A stretch of 64,000 nt of DNA from the human T2T-CHM13v2.0 reference genome, Homo sapiens, in the NCBI RefSeq assembly GCF_009914755.1, contig NC_060947.1. The stretch is one strand, 5' to 3'. How positions within the stretch are numbered: the first letter of the stretch is position 1; every line of letters starts with the position of its first letter. A program made the position numbers and the translations under genes. A model generated the notes under the pieces. It was given only the letters and a program-made list of their open reading frames with translations. It was not told the DNA's origin and made no database searches. Positions 61,798-64,000 of the stretch are shown one piece after another.

Positions 61798-63222
61798 TTA
61801 GATGAAGAGGATGAGGCAGAGGGAGAAATTATAGTTCCCACAGGCACATTCTTTCCAAATTCCCATGCTTGGAAATCCTGTTTTTAAAATATTGAACTCA
61901 TGTTGGCTTGTCCCCCAAGTTACTCATGTTATGTGAAACATAAATGATACCCAGCAGTAGAATGGGCCCCCACACACATTTTCTTGAGCAACATGAGATA
62001 AGGGCTCATGTTCAAATTTTCTTTTACCCTAAAGACCACAAGTAAATGGATCGTACTTGGCAGTACATTTCGGAGCAGTTCACCCTTTTTCAACTAAAAC
62101 CCAAACTGATTTAAATACATCACGTTTGAGAGACATGAATTTTGTTGTTAAGGTCACAGATGCCAAAGGCAGCCCAAAGCAGAATACATTATCAAATAAA
62201 CAATTAGCAATACAAATATTTATCCAAAGTAGCCATATATAGCATTCTGTTGATCATTATAAAGTGTAGCATCTGGGGTAAGAGAGTTTAGAAATAGGTA
62301 AGAAAGTAAAAGTCATCATATAAAATGTAACCCAGTAATTTTACATTTTAACTTAACACAGTAGGCCATGAAGAGCAAAATTTATTGTATCCAGTATGGT
62401 AGGGAAATGGAGTAAAATAGATAATGGCCTTCAAAATTATTCTCAATTAACCAGAATATACAGACAACATTATTATTGACTATAATTTCATCTATAGTTT
62501 TCAGCAATTCTTGCACAAAGTAGTCATTTAAAACTGTTTATTAAGTATATGAGATGTGCATTAGCAATTACCAAACATGATATAAAATAATTGATTAAGT
62601 GTACATAAACCATAACTAGACCATAGCCTATCATGATTACTTTTATAATTCAGTAGGCACTTTAGAATATTTTAAGAGTTGAGGGTCATGATAGTTAACA
62701 TCAATGATTATTGACGTCTATTTTGGTTAGAAATGAAAAAGTGTTAAGTCTTTCCTTGGCACAGGACAGGCCCAGGAAGATTAACTTTTTAGTAAATTAT
62801 TGTCATCATTCTGCTTAGTTACTACTTGACTTTCATAGTTGCCAAGGTGCTGAAATTACACTTATTCAAATGTCCTAATGGTTTGGCTTTAATACAAGCA
62901 AATATGTCTTGGCCTTTTGAGTTTCAAGACATATTCCCAAGACTTACAAGGTGTTTTATTAAATAATAAGTATTTCCTAAACATGGAATACTGTAATGCT
63001 TAACACCTAACCTCAGTTGATTCCAGAGTTTGCTATGAGAACTGACATGGTATCAGACAAAATAATAGTGTTGTTACCAGAATTACTTTAGTCAGTCAGT
63101 GTTTTCTTCCATGCCAGAATAAATAACATTAAAGTGGTACACATTTATGCAAGCTTATCTTTTCAAAAGGAAACACTTAAATAGTCATTATCTACTTAAT
63201 GATAAATATTTTATGCTTTAAA

Positions 63223-63527
<305 letters not shown>

Positions 63528-63611
63528 TTAAAAATTTGCTTTAACAAGGTTAGTTCCAAAAATAAGGCTATGTGTAAGTTTTTAACAACATAATAGATTT
63601 TTTTTAATGGC

Positions 63612-64000
63612 TGTGGATCAGTCAAAGTATTACCAGGAGACAAGATCTAACTCACTGTTTCAAGAGACTACTTAGAGACTAAGGGAACTAATTAGGGATG
63701 TGAAAGTTACCAGTAATGAACCACAATAAGAAGCCATTTCCTCCTTTAAGTTTGAAAATGCAAGGTGAGAGAATGGCGTTATTGAAGTTCAGAGAGAATT
63801 TGGAGCTGTGGAAGAGGGGCCACTCTATAAGAACTGTGACCATGGAGGAACCACAGTGAAACAGGGGAAGGGAATGTGGGTGGGGCTAAATGTAGGATCC
63901 TCTCTTCTCAGACTTCTTTCTCTACCTCTCTTCCAGCCTTCCAAGCTCCTGCTGGTGCCACCTAACTAGAAGTGAGAACCTAATTAAAAGCCTGGAAACG
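63612..64000. mobile_element. Possible old ERV-L-class LTR fragment
   Basis: Shift in composition and LTR-like motifs (TG start, CCTGCTGGTGCC); family unresolved. Confidence 0.3.

Overview
Primate (human-like) nuclear DNA that is AT-rich, CpG-depleted and has no CpG island. It is most likely intergenic or deep-intronic. I found no cellular protein-coding exon, tRNA, rRNA or CRISPR array; the ORFs I could assign are transposon-derived and the rest look like noise. Most of the window is nested interspersed repeats: many L1s (L1MC3, L1MB, L1MA, L1PB, L1PA), 12 Alu copies, MaLR elements (THE1/MST/MLT1, including a two-LTR element), ERV-L pro/pol, ERV1-class LTRs (LTR37-, MER41-, MER57B- and MER34-like), L2, MIR, a long CR1/L3 fragment, hAT MITEs, and a full-length Hsmar1 mariner with both TIRs. 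Subfamily names come from recalled consensus motifs and old-repeat boundaries are approximate. The signals not explained by repeat content are templated-copy scars: a 54-bp near-perfect dispersed duplication 5.1 kb apart, a 39-bp-arm inverted repeat around a microsatellite, a 65-nt hairpin at an L1 5' junction, and a micro-inversion across an L1 insertion junction. Two L1s are also internally deleted at the same ORF2 position. I found no convincing new gene system.
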